From: Octopus sinensis
Taxonomy: Eukaryota
Reading direction: 5' to 3'
Assembly: GCF_006345805.1 (NCBI RefSeq)
Contig: NC_042999.1
Span: 2,480,001-2,544,000, forward strand
DNA: 64,000 nucleotides
Of the stretch, positions 10,901-24,766 are shown one piece after another. The translations under genes were made by a program, and so were the position numbers. The notes beneath the pieces were generated by a model. That model was given only the letters and a program-made list of their open reading frames with translations, was not told the DNA's origin and ran no database searches. Position 1 is the stretch's first letter. Each line of letters opens with the position of its first letter.

Positions 10901-11739
10901 TTTTATGTATCTTTTATGGGTATGAATGTCATTTGATATGCAGAATATGTATATATATGCATGCTTTTGTGTGCCTGTGTGTAAGTGTGTTTATAAACAC
11001 ATATATATATTGTATAAATATACACACACATATAGAGAGAGAGTGGGAGAAATAGATAGATAGATAAATAGATAGACAGATAGATATAATACACACATAT
11101 ATACATATGTCTCTATTCATAGACACACACACACATATAGCGAGAATGGGAGAAATAGACAGACAGACAGACAGATAGAGAGAGAGATAGATAGATATAC
11201 ATAGAGATGCAAATACATACATATATCTTTACGCATGCGCGCACACACACACACACACATGTATAACAAGAGTGGCATAAATTGATAGGTAGATAGGTAG
11301 ATAATGAATAAATCAATATGTTTTTTCTTTTCAGGTTAATTTTCTACATTCTTCAGGTTGAAAGTCATGATTTTGCCCCCCCACCTGCCCCTCCTCTTCC
11401 CCCCTCCCCCACCTCAAAACCCACATGACTCATTTTTATCACCCAACCCTCCTCTCCCTGCCACATCTCTTCCCCCCCCGTTCCCTCCCCCTCTCTCTCC
11501 TCCCACTATCCCTCATCTCTCTGTCTCTCTCTCTCTCTCCCTGTAACTCACTCACTTTCTTATTACTTTTCTCACCTGAAAAATCCTCAAACCCATACCT
11601 GTCCCCTATTTCATGTGTTCTTTGATATGAAAATAAACAAAACAAAACAAAATACCCGACAAAATGGAAGATATTTCTAAGTTATGCTTCTGCATATTGC
11701 ATTGTCAAAAAAGGGTTAGGGTTAGAATTTGACAGGCAC

Positions 11740-11912
11740 AGGCAGGCCTGTGTTGTTAGTCATCTGCTTCCCAACCACATGGTTCCAGGTTCAGTCCCAC
11801 TGCATGGCACCTTGGGCAAGTGTCTTCTTCTACAGCCTCAGGTCAACCTAAGCCTTGTGAGTGGATTTGGTAGACAGAAACGGAAAGAAACCCATAGTAT
11901 ACACACACACAC

Positions 11913-11948
<36 letters not shown>

Positions 11949-11950
11949 CT
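11740..11950 (+). mobile_element. SINE family A, 5' half
   Basis: ggttccaggttcagtcccactgcatggcaccttgggcaagtgtcttc... ending in (CA)n. Confidence 0.8.
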
Positions 11951-12107
11951 GCAAATGTAATATGTGACAATTATTCGGTCGCCATGTCACATATTACATT
12001 TACAGATAAATTCCTCTATTTACATAATATCGAGGTCTCTTTCTTTCTTTTGTTGTCTTACCATTTCTATCAATATATATATATGTATGTATATATATTC
12101 ATCATCA

Positions 12108-12540
12108 TCATCATTATTTGCTGTCCATTGTCCATGCTGGCATGGGTTGGACGGTTTGACTGTGCTGGCATGCTGGAAGGCTGCACCAGACTCCAGTCTG
12201 GTTTGGCATGATTTTCTATGGCTGGATGCCCTTCGTAACACCAACCATTTCAAGAGTGTAATGGGAGCTTTGACGTGCCAGCCGGCATGAGTGCCATTTG
12301 TGTGACACTGGTATCTGCTATGATCGCAATTTTTCTCAGCTTGATGGGTCTTCTTCTCAAACACAACATAATGCCAAAGGTCTTGGTCATTGCCTCTGTG
12401 AAGCCCAATGCTCAAAAGGAACTTGCCTCTATGAGGCCCAGCGCTCAAAAGGAACTTGCCTCTGTGAGACCCAACACTTGAAAGGAACTCAGCCACTTTG
12501 CCTTCATGAGGCTCAATGCTCAAAAGGTGCTTGAAACCAG
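12108..12540 (-). mobile_element. SINE family C / RTE 3' tail with internal 33 bp tandem amplification
   Basis: Minus-strand DQDLWHYVVFEKKT resembles an RTE C-terminus; ttgcctctgtgaagcccaatgctcaaaaggaac occurs 3 times plus 1 at 12390-12530. Confidence 0.7.
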
Positions 12541-12644
12541 CATTAGACATGACTACAATTTCACTTGCTCGATGGATCTTCTAAAGCACAGCATATCGCT
12601 AAAAGTTTTAGTCGTTAATATATATATATATATATATACACACA

Positions 12645-13020
12645 CTTTACTCTCTTTATTCATGTACTTGTTTCAGTCATTTGACTGTGGCCATGCTGGA
12701 GCACCGCTTCTAGTCAAGCAAATCGACCCCAGGACTTATTCTTTGGAAGCCTAGTACTTATTCTATCGGTCTCTTCTAGCGAATCGCTAGTTAAGGGGAC
12801 ATAAACACACCAACATCGGTTGTTAAGCGATGGTGGGGTGACAAACACACACACACACATATATACGACAGGCTTCTTTCAGTTTCCATCTACCAAATCC
12901 ACTCACAAGACTTTGGGCGGCCTGAGGCTATAGTAGAAGACACTTGCCCAAGGTGCCATGCAGTGGGAATGAACCCAGGACTATGTGGTTGGTAAGCAAG
13001 CTACTTATCACACAGTCACA
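12645..13020 (-). mobile_element. SINE family A
   Basis: Matches the family A consensus. Confidence 0.8.
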
Positions 13021-13849
13021 TATATATATATAAAATAAACATGTACTGATTCATTTGATAAGAAGTTCTTCAAGGCAGTGCCCCAGCAAGGCCACAGTCT
13101 AATGATTGAAACCAATAAAAAAAAATGAAGCAAAACAAAACAAAACAACAAAATCCAATAACTCTAAAACGATTAAGTCGATCAATATAAACAATGAATT
13201 GATCCTTTATGGGAATTACATCATAATTTAAAAAATTTTATCTTCCTTTTATTTGATTCTTTCATTTGTAGGTGGATAGATAGATAGATGAATGGATAAA
13301 TGTATCAGGGAAGGCAGGTATTAATTAAGAAAATAGTGAAAACGTTTGAGGTGATTCCAAGACAGGGAAATAGATGAGGCAACGTTTTAAGCTGGTGTTT
13401 TTTTTTCTAATTTTTGTAATTTTGTATTTTTGTATATCTGCAATTTCTTTACATTTTTGTATATCTATATATTTATATATTTTTTGTGGGTTTTCTTTTG
13501 TGTTTTCGTTCATTTGGTTGTTAAAGAATCGATAAATTTTTCTAGAGATTCTGCTACCATTATTCGCGCCAACCAAAAGCAAAATGATAATGATGGTGCG
13601 ATGCTGGGAAAATTTTGTTTTCTTTTCTTATTTCTGACTTTTTTTGTTTGTCTTTTTTTTTAATGTGGAATCAGCAAGGGCGGAGGGGGGTGGGGTAAAT
13701 TGCTGGGAATCAATGGAATTTGGTGTGGAATTCCATGTAGAATGTTGGAATGAAGAATATCGTGAAGAAGAGAAAAGATAGAAATGATCATTTTTGATGG
13801 CAGCAATACTGATGCTGATTATAGTTAGAGAAGAAGACAAGAAATGCCT

Positions 13850-15075
13850 ATAATCATGATGGTAACATTGATGATGATGATGATGATGATGATGATGAGG
13901 GAAGGGGGAGGGGTATAATAATGAAAAGGAGGGGAGGTGAAGGATAAGGATGAATGATGAAGGGGAGGATGTTAATGATGATGAGGGTGAGGGGAATGCA
14001 AGGAGGAGGAGGATAAGGATGAATGATGAGGGGTAGGAGGAAAAGAAAAGATAAGGATGATGATAAGGAAGGGGAGGAGGAGGATAAGGATGATGATGAG
14101 GGGGAGGATAAGGATGATGATGAGGGTGAGGGGAATACAAGGATGATGATGATAATGATGACAATGACGATGATGAACTTTTGGGATGGAGATGCGATGG
14201 TGATGGCAACGATGATGATGATGATGGTGGTTATAGTAGTGATGGTGGTGATGATGATGATGGTGATTGTAGTGGTTGAGGTCATGATGATGACAGCGGT
14301 GATGGGTAGTGGTGGCTGCGATGATGATGACGCTGATGTTGATCGTGATGATAGCAGTGGCGATGAAGATATTGAATATTACGATGCTGCTGCTGATGAT
14401 GATGATGACGATCATCACCATGGATTCGTTTTCACTACAGCCGTTTATGATGACTATCATCATCAGCATCGTCAGCATCATCATCGTTATTATTATGATG
14501 GTGATGAAAAGAAAGAAGAGGAGGGGGAGGAGGTGGAGGTGAGCGTAATAGAATAATGATGACAGCAACAACAATTGAAGACAGGTAAAAATGAGGCCAA
14601 TGCCAGGAGGAATAAATTTTGAGGAGTCTCTATCAACATGAAGGAGGAAGATGGAAGAGGAGGAGGAGGAGAAAGACCCATTGGCTTGGATGATAATGGT
14701 GATGGTAGCAGTGGTGGTGGTAGTAGTAGCGGCAGTGGTGGTCGTGATGGTAGTAATAGTGGTGGTTTTGGTGTTGGCGGCAACAGTGGTGGTGGTGATG
14801 TTGGCAGTGGTGATGGTGGTGTTGGTGGTGGTGGTGGTCATCGTCGTCATTGTTTTAGTAGTTGTGTTGTTTGGTGTTGGTTGTGGAGATAGTGTTGGTA
14901 GTGGTTGCTTTGGCAATGGTAGGTGTGGTTTTGGTGGTGGTGGTGGTGGAAATAGTGTTGGTAGTGGTTGTGGTGATGGCTTTGACAGTGGTATTGGTGG
15001 TGGTGTTGGTTGCTTTGGCAATAGTAAATGTGGTTATGGTGGTGATGGTGGTGGTTTCAGCATTGGCAGCAATGG
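13850..15075. repeat. (GAT/GGA/GGT)n low-complexity tract
   Basis: Direct inspection; source of the 349 aa and other spurious ORFs. Confidence 0.9.
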
Positions 15076-15084
15076 CAGTGGTGG

Positions 15085-15262
15085 GAGTGACACAGAGTGT
15101 GACAAGGCTGACCTTTTGAAATACAAGTACTAATCGTTTTTGCCAGTGAGTGGACTGGAGCAACGAGAAATAAAATGTCTCGCTCAAGGACATAATGCGT
15201 CACCAGGAATTGAACTCACGACCTTACAATCGTGAGCCGAATGCCCTAACACTAAGCAACAT
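15085..15262 (-). mobile_element. SINE family D-related fragment
   Basis: gacacagagtgtgacaaggctgacc...ggaattgaactcacgacc...aacactaagc. Confidence 0.7.
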
Positions 15263-15843
15263 ACCTTCATCATATATATATGTGTGTGTGTGTGTGTGTA
15301 AAAAAGATTGAATTAGATTCGACCTTTAATTTGGAGGTTCCCCCCCGCCAAAAAAATTCCTAATATAGATTCTTCATGTTTTGCTGGTAGCTTACTGGCG
15401 TAAGCTTGTGAATATGAAAATAATAACTTGTTTATGGTGTGTTGTGAATTTATGGAAAGGAATCTCATAAAACTCAACAATTTTGTTAAAAATAGAGAAG
15501 AAAAATTGTTAAAATATATAAGAGAATTTTAATTGATGCAGACAATTGTTTCGTACAGTGAAATAAAAATCATGCAAAATCATGTTTGAATAGAAATGGC
15601 TAAATTAATTAAATTGATTATTTATCACTGTATTCTTCAGTGCAAGAAGTATAAACAAAATTTTTACAAAGGATTTGAGAAAGGACATAGAAGAATAGGG
15701 TCTAGGGGATTCATATTTACCCTTATGAGAAAAAAAGAGATGTGAGTCCAGTTAGGTATTAAGGCTATAAGGATCATTTTATAATCTTATTATTGTGAGA
15801 AAAACACTCTAACCACTAAGCCACATGCTTCTATATTTATATA

Positions 15844-16409
15844 TTGGGTTCTCTGGAAAGTTCATGCCAATTTTTAAAGGAAAGAAAAAGGTCATTAAAT
15901 ACTTGCCATTACATTTTTAATCAACCAAATATGAACCATTTTGTTGCACAATGCATCTCCATCTTTCCTTTAATTTGAAAATACTCACTTCCCAGAATTG
16001 AGGTGGTTTCATGGCAAAGAATTCATCAAGGTATCTTTTTATGTCATCCAAGGAATTGAAATTTTTATCATTAAGACAATTCTGCAGAGACCTGAGTAAG
16101 TGGAAATCCGAAGGAGCAATATCTGGTGAATATGGAGGGTCAGGTAACACATCCCAGACGAGCTGCAGCAATTTTTGTTTCGTTCCCAAAGCATCAAGTG
16201 CCGAAAATGAACTTTCTTATCTTCCATTTTAAAGGGTTACAAAATTAACACAGGTTATAGGAACATAAACCTTCTTCCACAAAAAGATAGCTTAAACTGT
16301 GCTCTAAATGGAGGTGTAGTCAAATCCTATTTTATGGACTCAACCATGTTCTAAAATAAGGCGAAAAGTAAGCTACTATAAATCAGCACGATCTTTCCGG
16401 ACAACCCAA
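15844..16409 (-). mobile_element. Internally deleted mariner transposon with both TIRs
   Basis: TIRs ttgggttctctggaaagttc / gatctttccggacaacccaa with TA flanks; MEDKKVHFRHLML joined directly to ...PDPPYSPDIAPSDFHLLRSLQN...RWRCIVQQNGSY. Confidence 0.9.
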
Positions 16410-16421
16410 TACATATATGTA

Positions 16422-16965
16422 CGAGGGTGAGTCAAAAAGTAATGCTCTTTTGTTTAGGACAGGTATAATTACCAACACAGGAACATGTATTATACATCAA
16501 AATGAAGCTGGTCCTCTGTGGCTCACATCCCTACTTCTCAACATAGTCACTGTTTCTCTCAATAGCAATGTTCCACCTTTGAATGAGAGCTTGTATCTCT
16601 GCCCCATAAAGTTTTGTTGACTTCTTTGAACCATCTCTTCACTATCTACACACTCACCAGATTTAGCACCTTCAGACTATCATCTCTTTGGCGCCACGAA
16701 AAAGGGTTTGAGAGGCAAACATTATTCCATTGATGAGGAAGTGAAAACTAGTGAAGAAGTGGCTCAAAGAACAGTCAACAGAATTTTACAGGGCAGAGAT
16801 ACAAGCTTTCATTCAAAGGTGGAATATTGCTATTGAGAGAAACAGTGACTATGTTGAGGAGTAGGGATGTGATCCACAGAGGACCAGCTTCATATAATAC
16901 ATGTTCCTGTGTTGGTAATTATACCTGTCCTAAACAAAATGACATTACTTTTTGACTCACCCTAG
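16422..16965. mobile_element. Foldback mariner-derived MITE made of two inverted copies of the transposase 3' end
   Basis: TIR cgagggtgagtcaaaaagtaatg / cattactttttgactcaccctag with TA flanks; arms 16422-16644 and 16749-16965; DLAPSDYHLFG..KGLRGKHYS on the plus strand. Confidence 0.9.
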
Positions 16966-17249
16966 TATAAATGTTGTGAGTCACAGGTGGGGAGGGTGAC
17001 AAGGGACCAAGACTTCTGGTGGTTTGCTGTGCTTCTAAATAAAAGTGTGCTTTCCCTTGCATATAGGCTCATCCTTTGCAACCCTCTCCAGCTGAGCATC
17101 CCTAATCTTTTGGGCTCATAAGTACTGGTACTGTGTAAAACCACCCAGTTGACCTGTTTGAGTGGTTGGCGTTACGCAGAGCATCCGGCCATAGAAACCA
17201 TGCCAAAACAGACGTTAAATGAGGATGTTGATGATGATGATGATGATAA

Positions 17250-17290
<41 letters not shown>

Positions 17291-17339
17291 AGATGAGAGA
17301 ATAGAGAGGCAATTAATAAATTATTATTTATGAATTAAA

Positions 17340-17645
17340 AAATTGACAAACATCCCTTACAGCTGTTTCAATTCAGATCCTGAGAAAATTAATTAATTAA
17401 ATTAAAAATTATTTGTCAGTCAAATCTCTTCATTGGTAGATAAAGCTATACAAAATAAGTGTTCAATTTCCTTATGTTGAGTAGTTGACTGCAAACTGTT
17501 AACTGATAAAATTTATACATACTGAACAAGGTATAAAAATAAAAATGGAGAGACCATAGAAGGAGAGTAAGGTTGTGTATAATGGAGTTGTAAAACAATA
17601 TATTCATCTGGAGTGTTAAGTATAAGAAACCTCAAGTAGATATAA
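17340..17645 (-). mobile_element. PLE pLTR-like remnant with degenerate hammerhead
   Basis: Minus strand CCAATGA-A-GAGAT...ATCT...GAAA-CAGCTG-TA-AGGGAT (17352-17441). Confidence 0.4.
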
Positions 17646-17650
17646 TTAGT

Positions 17651-17940
17651 GTGGAGGCACATGGTCTAGTGGTTAGAGCAGCGGACTCACAGTCAATGGA
17701 TCGTGGGTTCGAATCTCAGACTGGGCGATGTGTGTGTTTATGAGTGAAACACCTAAGCTCCACATGGCTCCAGCAGAAGGTAATAACGAACTTCTGCCAC
17801 AACTTTCTCTCACTCTTTCCTCCTGCATCTTGCAGCTCCTCTGCAACGGACCGGTGTCCCATCCAGGTGGGGAACCTATACGCCAAGGAAACCAGGAAAC
17901 TGGTCCTTATGAGCCAGGCATTGCTCGTGAAGGATATAAT
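17651..17940 (+). mobile_element. tRNA-derived SINE (family D-related)
   Basis: tggtctagtggttagagc...gggttcgaatctc followed by SINE body shared with 61165-61460. Confidence 0.8.
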
Positions 17941-18520
17941 TGGTAAAAATGTCATATTGTGCTGTTATGTTTATTCTTATTGAATCAATATAAACTTAGT
18001 ATGTAGAGTTTAATTCAAGTGTGTATAGTTACTAATCTATAATTAAGGTGGAAGATACTCAGGCAATAGATTACTTATTAAAAGTATCGAAATAGTTAAA
18101 AGGCCTACGAGAACATTTACTCAACGTTAGGGTACATAAAAATTATAAATAAAAAGGAATTAAAATAAATAAATCAAAATAGATAGAGTAAAGAGTGAAA
18201 CTAGAGGGAGAGACAAATTTTTTAAAAATTAATAATGAATTATAAGTTATTACCTTACATCCTTTAAAAAAATTATTATTGAGCTAGACTAATAAAGATA
18301 AAGAGCTATTGGACAAAATTTAATTTAAAGCATTCGTATAGTGAAATACCAGAAGTAAATATGTTAAGTTGCTAAGGTATGGTGATATGGTATTTAATAT
18401 AAATGAATGAATACAAAAATAAGAATTAAAGGGAATAAAAATATGCTAATAAAAATGATAATAAGGGGTTGAATATGGGTCAATTCAACAAGTTAAAATT
18501 TATTAATAAAAATTAAATAT

Positions 18521-18964
18521 AGGCGCAGGAGTGGCTGTGTGGTAAGTAGCATGCTTACCAACCACATGGTTCCGGGTTCAGTCCCACTGCATGGCATTTT
18601 GAGCAAGTGTCTTCTACTATAGCCTCGGGCTGAACAAAGCCCTGTGAGTGGATTTGGTAGACGGAAACTGAAAGAAGTCCGTCGTATATATGTATATATA
18701 TAAATATATATATATATGTATATATATATGTGTGTGTGTGTGTGCATGTATGTGTTTGTGTGTCTGTGTTTGTCCCCCTGGCATTGCTTGACAACCGATG
18801 CTGGTGTGTTTATGTCCCCGTCACTTAGCTGTTCGGCAAAAGAGAACAATAGAATAAGTACTGGGCTTACAAAGAATAAGTCCCGGGGTCGAGTTTTTCG
18901 ACTGAAGGTGGTGCTCCAGCATGGCCGCAGTCAACTGACTGAAACAAGTAAAAGAGTAAAAGAG
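18521..18964 (+). mobile_element. SINE family A, full length
   Basis: aggcgcaggagtggctgtgtggtaag...gactgaaacaagtaaaagagtaaaagag. Confidence 0.9.
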
Positions 18965-19689
18965 TTAAATATAAAGCTCTCAAAACCAGAAGCAGGTATT
19001 CATCTAGAGGTGAATGGCTAAATAAAATCTGGGAATAATTTAATTTAGGGACATACCAAAGCGAAAAGAGGTAGAACTAAGTGATTGTTATTTACAGTGA
19101 TTTAGGGTTCATCTAGTACAATTCAATTTAGAGGAGAAAAGCTTACGCAAAATCTAGGAGCAACTAAATTAGGGGCATATACAAATTATGAACCAGTGAA
19201 TAGATAAAAAGAACTTGAAAATTATTATACACATGAGATAGACATACTTTTAAAGAAAGAGAGAGAGAGAGGGGGTATATATATGGGAATAATAAAAGTT
19301 ATTGTTTTGCTTACTAAGAGGTAAGTAAAAGTATACTGTAATTATACTAAGTTGAGAAATGACCAAATATAAAAAACATTCAGGGGGAGGTAATTAAGAA
19401 TAAATTAATCGTAAATTGAGTAGAGCAAATGGAATTTATTCTGGGTTCAATTCCCAGTAAAGTCAATCTTGCCTTTCATCTTTCATCGCCCACCTTCATC
19501 AACTTTACATGAAATTTAATTTGATCTTACAATGTTTCGCATTTTTGATGGCATGTTATAAAAGTTTATCAAGATATTATCCATTACAATTATCACACAT
19601 CTACAGGAGTACATTTCACTCTCCTATGCTTAAATTGGATACAGAGAAGTGGAGGAAGTGTTAGAGTTGGCCACAACACATTATAATGA

Positions 19690-20100
19690 CCCGCCAAATG
19701 AAGTCAGTCCATGGCTCGCAGGACGGCCTGCTGTGCTAACCATGGATCATAGAGTGACCTGCTGTTCTTGAGGAGACCTATTGAGTCAAGTACATTAACA
19801 CCAACATCAAAATGAAAATCAAATGGAAATTGTAGTTAAGATACCCGTGCCGGTGACATGTAAACACACCAACCGATCGTGGCCATTTGCCAGCCTCCCC
19901 TGGCCCCTCTGCCAGTGGCACGTAAAAAGCACCCACTACACTCATGGAGTGGTTGGTGTTACGAAGGGCATCCAGCTGTAGAAACACTGCCAGATCAGAC
20001 TGGAGCCTGGTGCAGCCTCCTGGCTTCGCAGACCCTGGTCGAACTGTCCAACCCATGCTAGCACAGAAAACGGACATTAAACGATGATGATGATGATTGA
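19690..20100 (+). mobile_element. SINE family C, long form
   Basis: ...ggcacgtaaaaagcaccc...gaagggcatccagctgtagaaac...gacattaaacgatgatgat. Confidence 0.8.
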
Positions 20101-20359
20101 TGATTCTGATTTCTTGCATTCTAGGTTCAATTCCCGGTGAAGTCAACTTTGCTTCTCATCCTTCCAAAATTAATAAATAGGGAGCTGTAATAGTAAATAG
20201 GGGATGGACATTAAAATCCAAAGAATGGGTAGTACAAAATAAGGGATGAACAGTACAAACTGTAGCAGTAAATTGACGGAGTTGTTTATTCATTGGATGC
20301 ATTTACATTTGGTAAGGGCAGCAGTAATTGTTAACTCGCATTGCAAAGTGCACCAGTAA

Positions 20360-20735
20360 TTTTAATCTTTTCATGCAAGATGATGCACTGACAATTTCTA
20401 TCTTTTCATGCAATGTGTACAAGAAATGTTTATCTTTCCATGCAAATTGCACATGCAAACTTTATCTTTCCATGCAATGTATGCAAAACGTTTTATCTTT
20501 GCATGCAAAATGCATAAAGAATTTTGATCTTGCCATAAAAAAAATTCAAGCTATTTTTTATCTTTCCATGCAAAGTGCACAAAAAAAATTTTATCTCCCC
20601 ATGCAAAGTGCGCAAAAATTTTTATCTTTGCATGAAAATATTCAAGGTATTTATCTTTCCATGCAAAGTGCACAAAAGATTACCTTTCCATACAAAGTAA
20701 GCAGAAAATATTTATCTTTAAATGCAAAATGCACC
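20360..20735. repeat. Degenerate ~30 bp minisatellite (~12 units)
   Basis: tttatctttccatgcaaagtgcacaaaa recurs. Confidence 0.8.
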
Positions 20736-21299
20736 TGTTACACAGAGTGCACTGGTTCAAACCTTAATGGTAACTAGAAAACAAATGATAAAACCTCATC
20801 TGCATTAACACACCACCATCACCTACCTAAATTTATTTGATAATATGCATCAAAACAACCAGAGTGTAGGCTTTTCCTGCCTCACCCTGTAGCTGCTTGT
20901 TGAAATGAAATTGGAAATAATTCATTGAAGGGAGGGGAAAATGAGGTGTTGTGACATTCATGGCATTTGCTTAGAACATGTTTTTCCTAACTGTATAAAG
21001 TTGAATAAGGTCACAGCAGAAAATAAAACTCCGATCAGAGATTTTGTTTCTTATGAACTTATTTCTTTACTTCTTAGCAGTTGGCATATTTGATCTAGCT
21101 AAGAAAATAGGGGATAAATGTGTATGTGTGTGCATGTGCCTGCATAGGTGTGCATACGTATGTGTGTCGTGTGTGTGTGTGTGTGTGTGGAGTGGGGTCT
21201 CAGTCATTTTGTGTTTCCAAGGCAACACAGATAGATGAAAAGAAACAGATTCTTATTCAAAAGAGCTGTTACTAACAAAACTTAAAGATCAAAAGAGAT

Positions 21300-21614
21300 A
21301 TCCCTCAGAAATGCATATACAATACACAGGGGATATAAAAGTTAAATACACACACACACACATATATATATATGCACATACATTCATATATGTATACATT
21401 TATATATACACACACACACACATATATATAAGTAATATGGATTTAAAAGATACAAAGTGTATAATCTTAGACAATGGAAAAGACAAAAAATATTTCTATC
21501 ATTATTGCTAGCTATATGTGCTTGTGTATGAATGTGTGATTATATATATGTATATATATATATGTGCACATGTGTGTGTGTAGGCATGTAGATATACATA
21601 AATGTATGTATGTA

Positions 21615-21645
<31 letters not shown>

Positions 21646-21753
21646 GCAGGAACACGCGCACACAAATATATATATACATATGTACATATATGTATTATTA
21701 CACAAATACACACACGTCTCCCTCTCTCTAAATATATATATAAATATATATAT

Positions 21754-21807
<54 letters not shown>

Positions 21808-21900
21808 GATGGATATATATATGCATGCATATATAGATATGTGTGTGTATATATTATATGTATGTGTGTGTGTATGAGTGCGTGTGCACATCTATAGAAA
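21300..21900. repeat. (TA)n/(TG)n/(CA)n microsatellite cluster
   Basis: Direct inspection. Confidence 0.9.
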
Positions 21901-22329
21901 GCGGCAGGGTGTATAATAATATAGGGCAAAAATTAAGATAAACACAAGTATAGATTATTAGTTGCTATATCAGTTCCCCTGCTGCCGTTATTTGGAAATG
22001 AATATTGGATGTTGCAAGAACATTTGGATTCTTAACTACAATGCATCTCTGAAACAGAGAATGCAATAAATTCTTCCTCTCAAGGTCTATTGTGGTCAGG
22101 CATGTGAATGTATATGCAACAACCAATACTGACTTCCAAATAACTACAATGAAGAAACATAGTTAGCAACTAATAATATATGCTGGTGTTTGTTTAAATT
22201 TCTGCTACACATGCTCTGTATATCGTAACTAGTAACATTGCTAAGTACAGTGTTATACTAACCATTCTTTTGGAATCTGACTGAAGAGTAATAATCTATA
22301 CAGAATTCTAACTCATACAATTAAAATTA

Positions 22330-23425
22330 TAATAATGAAATTATTGTATACAGTGCTCAGGTGCACCACAACTTGTCAGAAAGTGCGTATAGAGTACATG
22401 CAGTAATGTACAAATGTCTGGAAAGTGAACAATGTATGAGTCAGATATATGCTTGTGTGTGTATGGAGGGGAGAAAATCAGGTGTAGTGTTGGGGAATCT
22501 CAGGAAGCATGGAAGTTTTGAAGGATGCAACGCTCCGACAACTAACAACTGATGCCGGCAGTTTGTTCCATGCTTCAGCAACTCTCAGCATGAAAAAATG
22601 TTTCCTAAAGTCATGGGAGCTGTGCTGTTTTCTAACTTTGTAAATATGTCCACGGGTGTTAGACAGGTAGAGTTTGAAAAGGTGCTCAGAGTTATTGTTT
22701 GTAAGATGGTTGATAATTTTATGGGTGTCTGCCAAGTCAGCTGCCAGACGTCGGAGTTTCAATGTGTCCATGCCCATGGAAGTAAGGCATTCAGAATATG
22801 GCAAATGCCTGATGGAGGGTATTCTTTTGGTTGCACGTCGCTGAATGGCTTCCAGATGATTGATATCCTGGGCAAGATAGGGGTTCCAGACCGGTGATGC
22901 AAATTCCAGGTGAGGTCTTACCATAGCTATATAAAGCCGCAGATAGATAGTCGGAGAGCGGCCCACAAAGGATTTGGTGAGTGATGCCAAGACACCCTCA
23001 GCCTTCTTGACAATTTTAGCGATGTGTTTTGTCCAACGCAAATCACTGTTGACAATAACTCCCAGGTCACGTTCACATAAAGACTTTTTGAGATTAGTGT
23101 TGTGGAGGGAGTAAGTGGACGCTGGGTTTCTCTTCCCAAAATGCATGGTGGTACATTTGTCCACAGCCAGCTTGAGTTGCCAGTCCATGATCCACTGCTG
23201 CATTGTGTCCAGGTCTGCTTGCAATAGAGATCTATAGTGTACAGGATCTGACCTCTTTATTTCGAGGTACAGCTTGATGTCATCTACATATTTCAGCACT
23301 GTGGCATTCTTTAAGTTGGCATCTATGTAATTAACATATGCAACAAATAAAAGGGGGCCAAGAATAGATCCCTGTGGTACACCAGATGTCATCTCATAGG
23401 GTGAAGAATTGTGGTCATACATCTA
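22330..23425 (-). mobile_element. 5'-truncated CR1-like LINE (reverse transcriptase C-terminal half)
   Basis: ORF 22478-23422: SGVPQGSILGPLLF, KYVDDIKLY, ERDLGVIVNSDLRW, VRPHLEFASPVWNPY, EAIQRRATK, RKHFFMLRVAEAWNKLP. Confidence 0.92.
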
Positions 23426-23499
23426 AACACAAGATATATTGATAGATAGATAGATAGACAGATAGATATATACATGTATATATAGACATATATATATAT

Positions 23500-23675
23500 A
23501 TAATTAGCCAAAATTGTGAAGATAATCTGGTACTCGACTAAGGAAAGAAAACTTTGAATGACCTGTCCTTGGTTTCTTTGTATCGTCTATTTGGATGTTT
23601 TGTTGTCTCATTTTTGTATCACCTAACTGTCTGGATGTTTTGTGTTCTTGTCCCATTTTGTATTTTTCATATATA

Positions 23676-23721
<46 letters not shown>

Positions 23722-23915
23722 TGTGGATTGTTGGTGATTTTTTACCTCCATCTTCCTTTTGTCTTGAATTTTCCTCTCTCTCCTGTTTCTTATGAAGAGC
23801 TTTGCTTGAAACATTAAACCACCTTTCTTTCCTTCCCTGAGCCTCTGCTAATACTTTGCATGTACCACGTCTTCACATTGTTGTTGTTTTTTTGTGTTCT
23901 TCCTTTTTTTATCAA
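23500..23915 (+). mobile_element. PLE pLTR-like remnant with decayed minimal hammerhead (23785-23819)
   Basis: GTTT-CTTATGA-A-GAG[CTTTG]CTT-GAAA-CA-TT-AAAC; implied ancestor CTGATGA...CTC-GAAACGTT. Confidence 0.6.
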
Positions 23916-24366
23916 TTACATATATATATATATCAATTCCACTTTCTAGCTAGTAGGTGCCTCGCATGCCCTTATGATAAATATAAATTCTAATTCTATA
24001 GCTATCCAATGCAATTTAATGTCTGCAACCACCTATATTATTGTTATCGTTATCAATTAAGCATATTTACTGCAGATAATAACAATAATAATATCCTTGT
24101 AAATATTCGCTTTTCAGTATTTTCTCCTTATTAATCTATTTATACTGAAGCTGTTCTGAATTTGCTGCAAAGCAATTCAGAACACCAGTAGACTTCAGTG
24201 TCATGAGTTGAATTTTTTCACTTGGTAAAACTTCCTGAAGAGACTTCAGGTGTTTTCACTAAAACTCAAAATCATGATACACCTGTATCCAAATGCCAAA
24301 GTATATAGCACTAAGCTGCGATGGTATGTTTAAATTCTTTACCTGTTCAACCCGACTACTGTTGTT

Positions 24367-24766
24367 ATCTCTTTTACTTGTTTCAGTCATTTGACTGCAG
24401 CCATGCTGGAGCACCACCTTTAGTCGAGCAAATCGACCCCGGGACTTATTCTTTGTAAGCCCAGTACTTATTCTATCGGTCTCTTGTGCCGAACCACTAA
24501 GTGACGGGGACGTAAACACACCAGCATCGGTTGTCAAGCAATGCTAGAGGGACAAACACAGACACACAAACATATACATACATACATATATATACATATA
24601 TACGACAGGCTTCTTTCAGTTTCCGTCTACCAAATCCACTCACAAGGCATTGGTCGGCCCGAGGCTATAGCAGAAGACACTTGCCCAAGATGCCATGCAG
24701 TGGGCCTGAACCCAGAACCATGTGGTTGGTAGGCAAGCTACTTACCACACAGCCACTCCTGCGCCT
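24367..24766 (-). mobile_element. SINE family A, full length
   Basis: Matches the consensus end to end. Confidence 0.9.

Noticed and set aside
11713-11726. GGGTTAGGGTTAG telomere-like motif
   Set aside because: Only about two units; not an interstitial telomeric array
13628-15193. 349 aa and other long low-complexity ORFs
   Set aside because: Same simple-repeat artefact
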